Shown here one piece after another: positions 24,900-37,400 of a DNA stretch of 64,000 nucleotides. The translations under genes and the position numbers were made by a program. Every line of letters begins with the position of its first letter. The stretch's first letter is position 1. The notes under the pieces were generated by a model. The model made no database searches. It saw only the letters and a list, made by a program, of their open reading frames with translations, and was not told the origin of the DNA. Origin of the DNA: Vicugna vicugna (lineage: Eukaryota); contig MU058054.1 of the NCBI GenBank assembly GCA_013265495.1, positions 248,001 to 312,000 on the forward strand, written 5' to 3'.

Positions 24900-26050
24900 A
24901 ACTCCCCAGCTGAGGGATCAGCAAGAAAAGCCCCACATCCCCGCTGAAGGGCTCTCGGGCAGGCCAGGTAAGTGGCCGGAGAGTCTTGGCCCTAGGAAAT
25001 AACGAGGTCGTCTCGGTTTCCCGAAATCGGCAATTGTGTCCTGCCCGCGTGCAGTGAAGAGAGCGCCTGGAGCCGAGGGCGTCCTCCCCAAGCTGAGGGT
25101 CTGGAGTCCCCCCGGGGTTTCCCTGAGTGGGAGGAGGGGGCTCCGGAGACAGGAGAAGGGGGGCCCTAGGAAAGGAGTCGAATTTCGAGCGGAAAGCCGG
25201 GGCAAAGGGCTGTGTGCAGCGACAAGGAGCAGCGGCCAGGGTGTCTCGGGGAGCCCTCGCTGGCTGCTGGGGCTTGAGGGGTGAGCGTGGAGAGGGCAAC
25301 GAGGCAGCAGGCAGGCAGCAGAGAGAGTGAGGCGATGGAGTCTTCAGGTATAATAATAAAAACAACCACCACAAGAACCCAAATCGGAACTAAACGAAAA
25401 AAAGCTGTAGGGACAGGGCGCGAGGGCAGCAGGCGACCGGGAGCGGGTACTCACCGTGCGGCGTTGGCGGCTGGAGCCGGGCGAGCGGTGAGCCGAGGTG
25501 CGCGGCGGGAGGAGCGGCGGGCGGGAGTCCGGGATCCGCCGGGCTCTCCGGGTGACGGCGCGGCCCCTCCCCGCGCGCGCGCACAGCCGCGCTCCCGGGC
25601 TCCCGCGCTCACACCCGCGGCCCCGCTGGCCCCTCCCGCGCTGCGCGGGCTCTCAGCAGGCGCGGGGCTCCAGGGCCCTGGGCGCGGAGACCTGTGCCCT
25701 GCGCCGTTGCCCCTGAGGCCCCGGACAGGCCCGAAACGGAGGCCGAAGCCTGGAGCGCATGGCGCGGCGACGGGCACGGCGCGGTCACAACCCGAGTGAT
25801 GAGGCCAGCGCGGGGCTGGCGCGCCTGACAGCTGCGAGCCGGGGCGCCACACCCACTGATCGCGCAGTCACTCGCGCCCTCCCGGGGTCCTCTAGCCCGC
25901 GGGCCACGCGCCGCGCCCGCCGCCTCCCCGCAGCCCCTGGGCCTGCGCACCCCAGGTAAGCGGCCGCACACCTGCGCCCTGCGCCCGGCACCTGGGGCCC
26001 GAACAAGCTAAGGGGGCCAGGAGGGAGGAAGGACCCGGGGCCACAAAGTT
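24900..26050 (-). promoter_or_regulatory. SKOR1: SKOR1 CpG-island promoter and probable non-coding first exon (donor after 25455)
   Basis: Very CpG-rich, with a strong minus-strand donor CACG|GTGAGT at 25455/25454, 2.3 kb upstream of the coding acceptor. The TSS cannot be placed from sequence. Confidence 0.6.
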
Positions 26051-27939
26051 TGCCTCGAAGAACAAAGTGGAGCAATCCCAGCGCTCCCCACTAAGGGGCC
26101 AGGAGCGAGCCGGGCTAAGGCTGAGTGTTGGGGCTAAGGAAGGCTCAGGACACGGGGAGGGGTACTGCAGAGTAGTGTGGCAGGCTGGGGCAGAGACCTG
26201 GGTGTGGGGTACTAGGGGATGGCAGCTGGGAAGGGGCAGAATCAACTCTCTCACAGCTTATGACTTGGATGGGAGGTGTCAGGACAGTTCCAGCCTGGGG
26301 AGGGGTGACTTCTGCCTTCTTCACTGAGGTGTGGACTCTGGAACTAGGTTTGGGAGGTCCTGGGCTTTGAATCTCCCCCCACCAACACCAACCATCCAGG
26401 GCTGGAGCCAAGTCATCTCTGGGAGATATCTGGGGTCAACTATTAGTTGACGGCTAGATTACTCTCTTGCTCTCCTGTTAACTCAGTTTCCCCGTGGTGG
26501 GGGTCTAGCCCCTGACGCTGCAGACGCCTGCGGCACCTTCCCTCTTCCCAGAGCTCCATCTCTCTCCACCCTCCCTTTTCTCTCTGTTGATTTCTATCTT
26601 CACCATTCTTTCCCCTCACTACCCCAGTAGGTCAGCTTCTTCTCCTTCTCTCATTTAAGTTGCCTTTACTTCATTCAAGTTGCCAGTCACACTCCCTCTC
26701 TCTTTGCCCGCACCCAGGCGCCCCCTCGCATCCACCCGCCCCCCACCCCCCGCATTAAGTGTCCTTAATGGACACGTTAATTAAACTGTAATTAATCATA
26801 CTGTCCGGCCCAAGTTTGAACAATTACCCTAATCAAACAGAAGTTAATAATGGCAGGCATGGCCCGGGGCGCGGCGGGCCGCCCGGGCAGGGGGCGCAGC
26901 GGCCACGGAGGCTACCGACAGTGGCAGCAGCGACGAGCGCAGCCTGTCCTTGGAACTCGGGCGGCGCCATAAATCTTCCGCGGCCAGCGGCGCCGGGTCG
27001 CTCTCACCCCCACCCCCTCGTTTTCTCTCTTGCTCCAGGTTACAGGCCCTCTCCCCTCCTAAACTCCGGTTCCTCTGGGGTTCGTCTCCCCTCTCCTCCA
27101 CTTCTCCCTTGTGCTTTTTCCTTCTCCGGGGGCTCAAAGGGACCCTGGGAAACGCCTCTGAGGATGCAAGCGGATCTCCCAGGCCTACCTTCAGAGAGAG
27201 GGGGTGGCCAGGCCTGAGGACTCGTTTGCCACCCCCTTCTCACCTCGGCTAACGTGTTTTCCAAAGCCGAGAAAGCTACCCCTCAAGTTTGAGGGTTTTG
27301 TCTCTGCTGCAGGATCTCTTCTAGAGGGGTTCTTGCTCTTTCTCCTTCCTCAGTTCCGGGCTTTCTCCCTCTCGGATTTCCCCGCCTTTCTTCCCTCCCA
27401 GGGCCTGCTCAGCCCCTTTTCTCTCTGACTCTGGCCCCTCCATTGGCGCCTCTTTCCCAGGCTCTCCCTCTGTCCCGTTCTAACTCTGACGATCTCTACC
27501 CTCTCACCCTCACTTCCCTAGTAGCCTGCTAGGAAAACAGGAACCTATTTTCCACCCCAGCCCGGCAGCTGCCCCCAGCCTCCACCTGCTCATCTCCCCT
27601 CCCTCGGCCAGTCTCCCCACCCATAATTACAATCCCGTTCGGTAATTATTCTTAGTCTCCTAATGATTTTTTTAAAGGCATCTCAGAATTCAGTATGGTG
27701 GTGACAACGATCGCGGAGCCAGGACGCCCCCGGGGTAGTGGGGAGTGGGAGAGAAAAGAGGATGGGGAAGGTCCCCCTAAGCAGGGCCTGTCTGTCCTGC
27801 CTTCATTGTACTGTGAGGGCCAGCAACGCCTCCAGGGCATTCCCGGCAAACCGGCTTCGAGCCCTAGGGAATTCTCAGACAAAAGTTCCCTTGATGTGTT
27901 GCCGCACCTGGGCGGTGCAGGGTCACCCCTGCGTCTCCG

Positions 27940-27965
27940 TTCAGCACCAAGCTGCGGACAGCTCC
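27940..27965 (+). promoter_or_regulatory. Non-canonical (split) RE1/REST-like site
   Basis: TTCAGCACC, 7-nt spacer, GGACAGCTCC. Both half-sites match. Confidence 0.55.
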
Positions 27966-30900
27966 CCGCGCCTCGGTCCGGCCTCGAAAACCCACCCTGC
28001 TCCCCAGGCCGGGTCTGGACCGGAGGAAGACCGAGGGCGCGCTGAAAGGGGCGGGGGAGGTGCCGCCGCCGCCCTCCTGAGGGGCAGCGACCTCCAGGGA
28101 GCGGGTCTTGGGGTCTGGCCTGGGCTCAGCTCTGGATCAGTGTCCAATGGGTTAGTAACACCGTAGAGAGCATTTTACAGTTTGCTGAATCCTTTCTCAC
28201 AACGGCCCTTGAAATAGGTAGAGATTATTTATTCCCATTTTACAGGGAGGAAACTGAGGGTCAGACGGTGGAAGCCAACCCACTCAGGTGCCTTGGTCAA
28301 TAAAAGATGCAGGCTGATCTCCCATACACCGTTGCCTGGAGGGCCTCATTTAGTGAAGGGAGTGCAAGGAATGTGCAGCGCCCTGTAGCTCACGAGGAGC
28401 TGCTATGACCGCCCTCGTAACACTCCAAGAGAAGGAAACAGGCCTAGCAAAGCCAAGTCATTTGCTCAGATGCAGGCAGCAGGTGCCGGGCAGCCCTGGG
28501 ACTTGAACTCAAGCTCAGACGGGGGAGGGTGAGACTCCTCCTGCTCAGAGGGGGCTCTGAGTCCTGTGGCCTTACCCAGAGCCTGGGGAGCCCGTCAGAG
28601 TCGGTGCCCTGGGCCTTTCTGACCCCCACTGGCGCCGATTCTCTCTCTTTAAACCGCTGCGGGGTGCCCCAGGGTCGGAGGGTCAGAGGGCGGGACTCCA
28701 GATGAGGAGCGCGCCTGGCGTGCTCCCCCACCCCAGCCCCAGACGGGTCCGTGCTGCCTCCACGTCCCCGGCGTCGCGTCCACGCAGCCGGGCGGCCTGC
28801 GCCCATTCGGGCTCTGGCTTGGGCTTGGGCTGGGGCTGGGCGGCCGCGCCTCCTCCGCAAGCACATATCTTTTACCAGTTGAATTAACGGCAGTTTTCGT
28901 CAGTTAATTAGGTTTAATTTACATAATTAGTACAGTATAAAGAGGATTGGGGATAATCATGGGGTACGTAGCGCTTACTGTGTAAACACGTATTCTGAAT
29001 TAAAAATCAGATGTAATTAAGGCGCGCAGGCCCTGTTTAGGCAGGGTTTTAATTGTAATGAATTTCTAATTAACACTCAATGATTGCCAAATGCAAAGGG
29101 CTGTAAAATTTTCTTGTAGTTTTGCTAATTTATTGTTTACTTAATATCTGGATATTAATCCGACGGCCGGATAGATCCTAGCCTCGCGCTGCGGCCGGCC
29201 CAGGCCCAGCAAATGAAGGTGGCTGGGCGGGGCCTGCTGGCCGCAGCCCTGAGCAGAGGAGAGGTTGCTGGGAGGCAGGCACCACAGATCTCACGCGAAA
29301 GTGCTGAGAGGTGCCCACCTCGCCCTGCTGCTGGCGGGAAGGCTGAAGATCCTGGAGGGCCCGAACTTGCCGAAGGCCACGCACTCCTGGTTCCTGACAC
29401 CCAGACCCGGCTTTTGGGGATCAGAGGCCAGGCCAGCGCTCCTCTCTGCGGAGGACTCCTCACTCCTTGAGACATCAAAAGGAGGCAGAAAAGTCGAGGC
29501 CTGGATACAGTTCTTCTGCTGATCCCTTGAGTGACCATAGACCTCGACTTGGCCTCAGTGTGTGCATCTGTAGGATGGGCACACTGACCCGACACTTTGC
29601 CGGAGTGAAGGATTGCTTCACTTGGAGGCCCAAGAGCGCGGCAGGTGAACATCTCTCTCCTGCAGCCCTGAAGGGGTGGCTGGTGGGGCTTGGACTCTGC
29701 TTGAGTGTGGGTTGCTTAAGCTTGGGGGAGGGGAAGAGCCAGGGGACCCTGAGGATGATTGGAAGGCCTTTTGGTCTGACTCTACCCACCCTGGGGCAGA
29801 CTAGGAGGCGCCCAGGGCAGACTTACTTGCCCCAACCAGACATAGAAGCCTCCAAGGCCTGAGCAGAGGTATTTGCTCTTCACCCTCAAATTTCTAGTTT
29901 AGTCCCAGCTGCCTCCCCTCTCCCAAGGGCTCCCCTCCTGACAGCCCTAGCTTAGCCCCAAGGGGCTAATAAAGTCCTTAGCACAGGGGAACCTCTGGGT
30001 GGGCGCTTAGACATTCTCTGCCAACCCAAGGAAACACACCAAGGAAGTTCAATGGTTCCTAGAGGCTTCTGCCCCTTGATTTCTCTTCCCAGTGCCTGCC
30101 CTCAAGAAGCCTCAGCGGCCCCTTCTGGACACCACGCAGGGCCTCCTCTAAGCCTGCCTGCTTGCCTGGACCCCTCATCCCTGTCTGTCTCATGCTATTT
30201 TATTTTCATCAATGGATTGTTCACTGGTTACTGTTTCCTGATTTGTTTGTGAGTGTTATCTGTCGTTCCCACTGGAATGTTCTGTTTGCTATTGTATTCC
30301 CAGGGCCGAGCACACAGTAGGTGCTCAACATATTTCTTAAATACATGAGTGAATAACACTTGAATGTAAAGGCTGTGAGCTGGCTTGCTGGCCACAGTGA
30401 TTGAATGGTGCCTTTGGTGTCCAGTGGCCAATCTGGTTCTTCAAGAGTTGAAGGCTCTGGGATCCCCGGAGGGAGCACAGTGGGTCTTGGGGTTCTCACC
30501 TTCCACACAGATGCGGGCCAGTCTACTCAGGCAGACCCTCCGAAGGCTGGTTCTCCCAGGAGGAGGGGCTGGGCTCTGGCAGGCAGGGGGGGAGCAGCTG
30601 GCAGGCTGGCTGGGCTCTCCCTGGTGGCGAGGGCTTCCTCCCCAGGGCTTCTTCCACATGCATGGTGGGGGGAGGGGGTGGAAAGAGAACAGACTTAAGA
30701 GCCAGCAAGGTTTGGGTTCGAATCCCAGTTCTGCTCTGAGTCTCCAAACTTGCACCTGTAAAGTAGTTCTTGGCCTCACAGGGTCAGAGATATCCTGGAT
30801 CTCACAGGGTGTCATAAAGATTAAATAAGGTGCTGGGTATATGGCCCATAGGCAGGACCAGGGTAGGTTGAGTGGCCAGGGCACACAATTTAAGCAGGGA

Positions 30901-31074
30901 ATCAGTCTCAGGCTCCTAAAAATCCTCTCTCTAGTCCCAGCCCTGCACAAAGCAGATGGCACAGAGTAGGTGCTCGGCACCTGTTAGTCCCCCTTCCGTG
31001 GCAGACTAAGATCAGCTCTGGACAGCTGCCTGAACAAGGGTGGAGTCCAGTCTGCTTGCTGGGACAGCCTGAGC

Positions 31075-32470
31075 TTTTTTGGGATGTAATTCACATACTA
31101 TAGAATTCACCTATTTAAAGTGTACAATTCAATGGTTTTTTCCCCCACATATCCAAAGAGTTGTGTACCATCACCACTATCAGTTTTAGAATATTTTCGT
31201 AACCCCAAAGAGAAACTCCACACCCATTACTTATCACCCTATCCCCCGCCCCCATCCCTCATCACCTGGCAACCACTAATCTACTTGCCTTTTCTGGACT
31301 TTTCGTATCATTTGGAAATGTGCAATATATGGTCTTTGGTGTCTGACTTCTTTCACTGAGCATGTTTTTAAGGTTCATCCACGTTGTAACATGTATCAGT
31401 ACGTCATTCCTTTTTTATTGCCTAATAATATTTCACTGTATGGCTAACCCACATTTTGTTTATTCATCCACTAATGAATATGTGGGTTGTTTCTAATTTT
31501 TGGCTATTATGAATGAAGCTTCTATAAACATTAATGTTTTAATTTCTCTTGGGTATATACGTCTAGGTGTAGAATTGTCATGTCATGTGATGTACTCTGT
31601 GTTTAACCTTTTAGGGGACTGCCAGACTGGTTTTGTACCATTTTACATTCTCACCAGTAATGTATGAGAGCCCTGATTTCTCCACATCCTGGACAACACT
31701 TTTTAAAAATCTGTCTTTTGTATTATACCATTCTAGTGGATGTGAAATGGTATCTCTTGTGGTTTTAGCTTATATTTCTCTGATAAGTAATAATTTTGAG
31801 CATCTTTTCACAGGCTTATTTAGTCATTTGTACATCTTTTGAGAAATGTTTATTCAGATCCATTGCCCACTTTTTCAGCTTGGGCTACTTGTATTTTGAT
31901 TATTGAATTGAAAGTGTTCTTCATATATTGTAGAAACAAGTCCTTTATCAGATATTTAATTTGCAAATATCCTCTCCTGTCCTGTGAGCTGTCTTTTCAT
32001 TTTCTAATTGTGTCTTTTTTTTTGATGGGGGGAGATAATTAGGTTTATTTATTTATTATTTTTAGAGGAGGTACTGGGAATTGAACCTGGGACCTCATGC
32101 ATGCTAGGCATGCACTTTACCACTTGAGCTATACCCGCCCCTGCTATCTAATGGTGCCTTTTGATGCACAAAAGTTTTTAATTTTGATGACATCCAATTT
32201 ATTTTATTTTTTGCTACTTGTGCTCTTGTTGTCATAACTGAGAAGGCTTTGCTGAAGTTGGGTGATAAGATTTATTCCTATATTTTTTTCTAAGACCTTT
32301 ATAGTTTTAGTTCCTACCTTTCAGTCTGTGATCCACTTAGTTAATTCTGTGTGTACGATGTGAGGTAGGGATCCAAATTTATTCTTTTGCATATGGATAA
32401 TCAGTTGTCTCAGCACCGTCTGTTGAAAAGATTATCCTCTCGCCATGAAATTGTCTTGGCTTTCTTGGTC
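31075..32470 (-). mobile_element. Old L1 3' region (L1MB/L1MA-like)
   Basis: Antisense L1 3'UTR and ORF2-end motifs (taattcacatac..aaagtgtacaattcaatggttttt; cagcaccgtctgttgaaaaga), interrupted by a SINE. Confidence 0.8.
32015..32141 (-). mobile_element. tRNA-derived SINE (camelid Vic-1-like) inserted in L1
   Basis: Minus strand GGGGCGGGTATAGCTCAAGTGGTAAAGTGCATGCCTAGCATGCATGAGGTCCCAGGTTCAATTCCCAGTACCTCC..AAATAAACCTAATTA. Near-TSD tctaattgtgtcttt / tctaatggtgccttt. Confidence 0.8.
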
Positions 32471-33084
32471 TGGAGAAATGACTGTCTTCCTTTCCCCAGG
32501 AGAGATGGAGCCTCCCCAGAGAAGAGGCCCAGCCAGCCTCCTCCCTCTGCAGATGCTCACTGCTCAGGAATCAGGAACCTGCCGTTCCTCAGCAAATACT
32601 GTTGAGGACTTTCCCCTTCCCGCATTGAGAATTCTCTTCTCCCTTGCCTTCTGATGTGTGTGGCATGTGCCTTTATTATGGCTCGTCCTGGGGTGAAGTG
32701 ACAATGGAATGGTCCGTCTCTCTTAGTGGCGTAAGAGTTCTGACAGAACACTGTCTGCATCTTACAGGGAGGCAGCTATTGCTACAAAAACAATCTTCAC
32801 TTAGGTCTGGGTTTAAATCTAATGGCTCCTACTTCCTGGTTGTGTGGCTTTGGGTGAATCGCTTCTCCTCTCGGATCCTCAGCTTCCTCATTCATGAAAT
32901 GGGCATGCTGGCATCATAGGAATGTTGGGAACATCAAAAGGAGAGGGTCCAGCCCAGAGTCTGGCATGCAGTGGGGGCTCCAGTTTTCTTAGCCGGTATC
33001 AATGGAAATAGGAAAGTGACCCTCCTCCCAGCACCGCTGCTGCCACCCCAGCCCTAATCCTGAGCTGGAAAATACAGCGGAGAC

Positions 33085-33566
33085 ATCCAGTTTCTCATTG
33101 TTGTCATAACAAATGACCCCAGTGTTTGAAAACAACACGAAATGTATTATTTTATAATTCTGGAGGTCAGGAGTTAGAAATGGGTTTCACTGGGCTAAGG
33201 TTAAGGCATTAGCGGGGCTGCCTTCCTCCTGGAGGCTCTGGGAGAATCCATTTCCTTACCCTTTCAAGCTTCTAGAGAAGCCGCCCGCATCCCTAGTCTC
33301 CTGGCTCCTTCCTCCATCTTCAAACTCAGCAGTGTAGCATCTTCAAATCTCTCTCTGCCTCTCCTCTCCTCTCCTGTCTCCCTCTTCCACTTTAGAGGGC
33401 CCTTGTGATTACACTGGGCTGACCCCGACAGTGCAGGATAATTTTACTTTAAGGTCAGGTGAGTAGCAATGTCAACTCTCCTGTGCCCTGTAACATAATA
33501 TATTCATAGATTCTGGGGATCAGGATGTGCACATCTTTGGGGGGGCTGTCATATTCTGCCTACCAT
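33085..33566 (-). mobile_element. MaLR LTR (MLT1B/C-like)
   Basis: ataacaaatgacc..aaaacaacac..ttctggaggtcaggag..attctgcctaccata pattern of reverse-oriented MLT1. Confidence 0.7.
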
Positions 33567-34408
33567 AGATGTCTCTCCAAAGAGAGGCCCTGGGAAGCTG
33601 GAGTGTGTGCAGGGAACTTCATTACAGTATCAGGATGAGAGCAGGTGTGCATCCAGGTGGCCGCCTGAGCTACTGCGGGGAATCCAGAGCTTTGCTCCTG
33701 TTGCATGTGGCCAAGGCTGAGCCTGGAGCGATTGCACTGGGCTGCACAGACCTCCTGGGGAAGCTGAGGCAGGCCTGAGTGTGGGCTGAGGATCACGCTG
33801 ATGGGGGTCAGCGTGGTCACCCATAGGCAGAGCCGTTCGAGTCCAGAGTGCTCACGCCAGGCCCTCACATCAGATGTGCAGTGGCCCTCGCTGGTGGTGA
33901 TGTGTCTGTCTTACATCCTCATCCCCTGTCCTTCTCCAGACCTGGAGGGCAGGGGTCAGATGAAAAAATGGGGAGTCCCAGGGATCGAGGAGTGGCTGTG
34001 TGGGTCTGTGTCTATGTGGGGCAGGGTGCCTGGCAGGAGGAAGGGGGAGGGAACCAGGCCTTGGGAAGTGTTTTGTGCATGTCATGGTCAGCCTCAAGGA
34101 TAATTCAATGACACCAACCACCCATTTGATGGACACTGTCATGACCCCATTTTACCAATGAGGAAACTGAGGCTTATCCAGAGAGGTTAGGCATCCTGCC
34201 CAGGGACACACAGCAAGTCCAGGGAGGAGCCAGGTCTGTGTGACTCCAAGCCCATGCCTTTCATTGCTACATTCCATCGACTCCCACACAGAATTGCCAA
34301 AAAGAGGCCGTGGAGGGAGGAGAAGGGCTTGATTTGGGTGTCAGAAAACTTACAGAAGGTTGTCTCTCTCACCAGAGATTTAAAATACCTTTAACACAAA
34401 TTATTCTT

Positions 34409-34452
34409 TTTTTAAAATTTTTTATTGAATTATAGTCAGTTTACAATGTTGT
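34409..34452 (-). mobile_element. Ultra-short 5'-truncated L1 3' terminus with TSD
   Basis: ttttttattgaattatagtcagtttacaatgttgt flanked by acaaattattctt (34396-34408) and acaaatttttctt (34453-34465). Confidence 0.65.
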
Positions 34453-37400
34453 ACAAATTTTTCTTATAAAAATTATACATGTTTGTTGCATTGTGTTAGG
34501 AAAATGCAGCACCCCCACTCCTTCGCTGCACAGTGTTACCAGGGTCTTGCTCCTGGATGGAAGGATGGTGGAGGCCAAGTCACTAAGTCCTCTGAAGCCC
34601 CATCGGCCCTGCCAGCCTCCCTTCAATTTATTTAATCACGTTTCTTAAGCATCTCCGGAAGCTCGGCAGTGTCCCAGCTCCTGCCTTCCTGGGGCTTTCA
34701 CTGGAACAATGTAGACAAAGGATGCAGATGGTGCAAGAAAACCCACAAGGACGGGACCGTGAGGTCGGGCAGGGATAGGGAGTTCTGAGTGATGGGCCAG
34801 GTGGGGTGTCGGGGAAGGCCTCCCCAGAGCATTGCAGCCAAGTCTTGAAGATGAATAGGAGCTGGGCAGGGGAAATAGGTTTAGCAGGGAAAGGTATCTG
34901 GGGCTGAGGGAACAGCCTGTGTGATGGCTCAGAGGCAGAAAGGGCTCAGCTTACTCAAGGAGTAGAGCATCACCCCTGTGATGGGAACATGGAGTGGGAG
35001 ACAGAGGTGGGACAACCACCCCCCTGCTCTCGTAAGGGTGCTGGGAGGACCAACCAAGGCGAGTGTGAAGGCAGTTTGCTGCGCCCAGCTGATACTGCAA
35101 GACAAATTCTCTTCTCTCTCAGAACTCAAGTGATCTGGACACTAGAACTCCAGGTACCCGCCTTGCTCTTTTCCATCCTGCTGATCTCACTGCTCCTCTC
35201 AGTGTGCACCCATGCTGCTCCCCCTGCCACTTCCTCACCACCTCTCAAAGCGGGGAGGAAAAGATAAAATAAGATAAAAAGCAGATTCTTAGGAAGAACC
35301 AACAGTACAGGCTGGCTGGATGCTTTTAACTAAGTCTGTGGGCAGGAGAGACTTTTTATCCCTTGCAAGTTAATGCAAACTGTTAGGGAGATAAATAAAT
35401 GTCAGAGCTGCCGATGGACTGTTGGGCTCAAAGGAGGGAAATTTGTCTCACTTTAGAAGAAGGACCTGGAGGGCTCAGCCCCATCGACTCGTTCATTGTG
35501 CTGTTATCTGCCAGAGAGGTGGTGACACCACAGCAATTAAGACAAACTTTAGTCTATAAGTTCGTGCCTGCAATCTCGTGGCTTCAAAATAAGATAAATG
35601 ATACTGCCAAGGGAGGAAACGAAGTCTTTCTCAGACTCCGTCCAAAGTCACAGCGAATGTTTGTAGTTGTTCAGCAGAATATGTGTCATTACGAGGCCTG
35701 GGCTCTGCCGGCTCCCCCTGCCCCGCTTCATAATCCATCCCGGTGGCCTTCGCCGGCCTCGGCTGTCTCTGGGACTCCCCCTGCCCCCGCCGTCAGAGCT
35801 GTGCCCACCTGTCTGCCTCTTAAATTTTGGGCATCTCAGGTGGATCAGGACGGGGTTTCTGCCAACTGGAGAGGGGTCAGGACGAAGCCGGAAGTGCCAT
35901 CACGCCCAGCCTTGCTGCGAGGGCTGGTGACCTCCTTCCAACCCCGCACAAGCAGCCAGCGCCCGCCAGGACCAGGCCTGGGGCTCGGGCCCGAGCCGCT
36001 CACTGCTTCCGCTGGCCCCTGCCCGCCCCCTATCAGCACAGCTGTCGGCCTTCTCCCCATGCCCCTCAGAGCTGATCCTGGCCTCTGCCTCCCACCTGTG
36101 TTTGGGTTGCGATGCTTCTGGGGGCTCGAAGTGAAAGCACCCCAACCCCTCAATGTGGAAGTTGGGACCTGGTCCGGGGACCGTCTTGGGTGTCTGTCTG
36201 GCCTCAGGTACGGAGCCAGGACCCCGCTGGCTGCCCGAGCTGCTGTGGGCTGTCGGCGCTGGCTCCCTTGTGCCCTCCTGCTCCCACTGCTCCACGCTTC
36301 TCTGCTGGCGTGCCTGGCGCTGCCTCCCTCCCCCATCCCAGGACTCGTGTTCTCCCTCCAACCCTCCCCCTGCTCTGTGAACACAGGCTCCCATCCTAGG
36401 ACAGCCCAGACTTGGCTAAAGGATGAAGCTCCAAAGGGGAATTGGGGCAGCAGACAGTGGGGACGGAGGACGCCTTTGAGGCAGCATCACGGACCTCTCT
36501 GGGCTCCCCCTCCCCACGTGGATGTAGTTGACCACCCCTCTTCTAACCAAGCCATGTGGTAGAGGGGGTCTGGGGAGCTGCTGGCCTGTGTGCCTGGCAC
36601 CATCCCAGGACCTCACTTTGAGGCTGTTCTGACCTTTAGCCCTGAGTGTGCAGAGGTCTGGAAGCACAGGCCTTCCCCCAAAGATTCGGGTCTGTTCAGC
36701 TCGAGCACGAGGCCCCAGGTTCCAGGCCTGCAGGCAGGGCACCCATAGCTTCCCCGGCCGGGCTGCAGTGTCCAGCCCGCCCTGCACTGGCCTGACTGCC
36801 CCCAGCTGGGCTGGGCCCTAGGTCACACCGCTTTGGGTCACAAGGCCTTTGTCTGACCGCATGTGGGGAAGAAGTGTCCCAGCCTGGCCCCCCTGGCCCC
36901 ACTGAGGATGCTCAAAGCCCTGGGGTCCCACAACTGGTACTTCTCATTGGGCAGGAGGGCAGGACAAGGAAGGTCCAGTGGGCTGAGTGCTGAGGGACTC
37001 CTCGCCTCCACGTCTAAGCAGCGCCCACCTTCCAGCATGACCTGGGGGCTCCATGAAGCCCAGCCTGTACCACAAACAGCCCCCTCCTGGCTTCCCTGAA
37101 GGTCTAAGAGGCCCAGGGCTGCATTCCACGGGGATCTGGTCTCCAGGAGGCTCTGGTTAGAAGGCCAATGGGTGTCACTGAGGCTTGGAGTGAGAGGACA
37201 GTGATGAGGCCTGGGGAGGTGGCCTGCGGACCTGACCCTCCCGCCCTGCCAGCCTTCCCTCCGGCCCTCCCGTACCTCAAAGCACCTTCCACATGCTGCT
37301 CTGGCCAAGCCCTGGGGTGATGCACCCCAGGGGCCTCACAGTCTGTACCTGAGAAGGTAGAAAAGAAGCTTCCAAGAGGAAGTGCCCTTTGAGAGGGTCC

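Noticed and set aside
35399..36562. 387-aa plus-strand ORF
   Set aside because: Low-complexity Pro/Ala/Leu/Gly translation of GC-rich DNA, no recognisable domain, weak start context. Probably a chance ORF.
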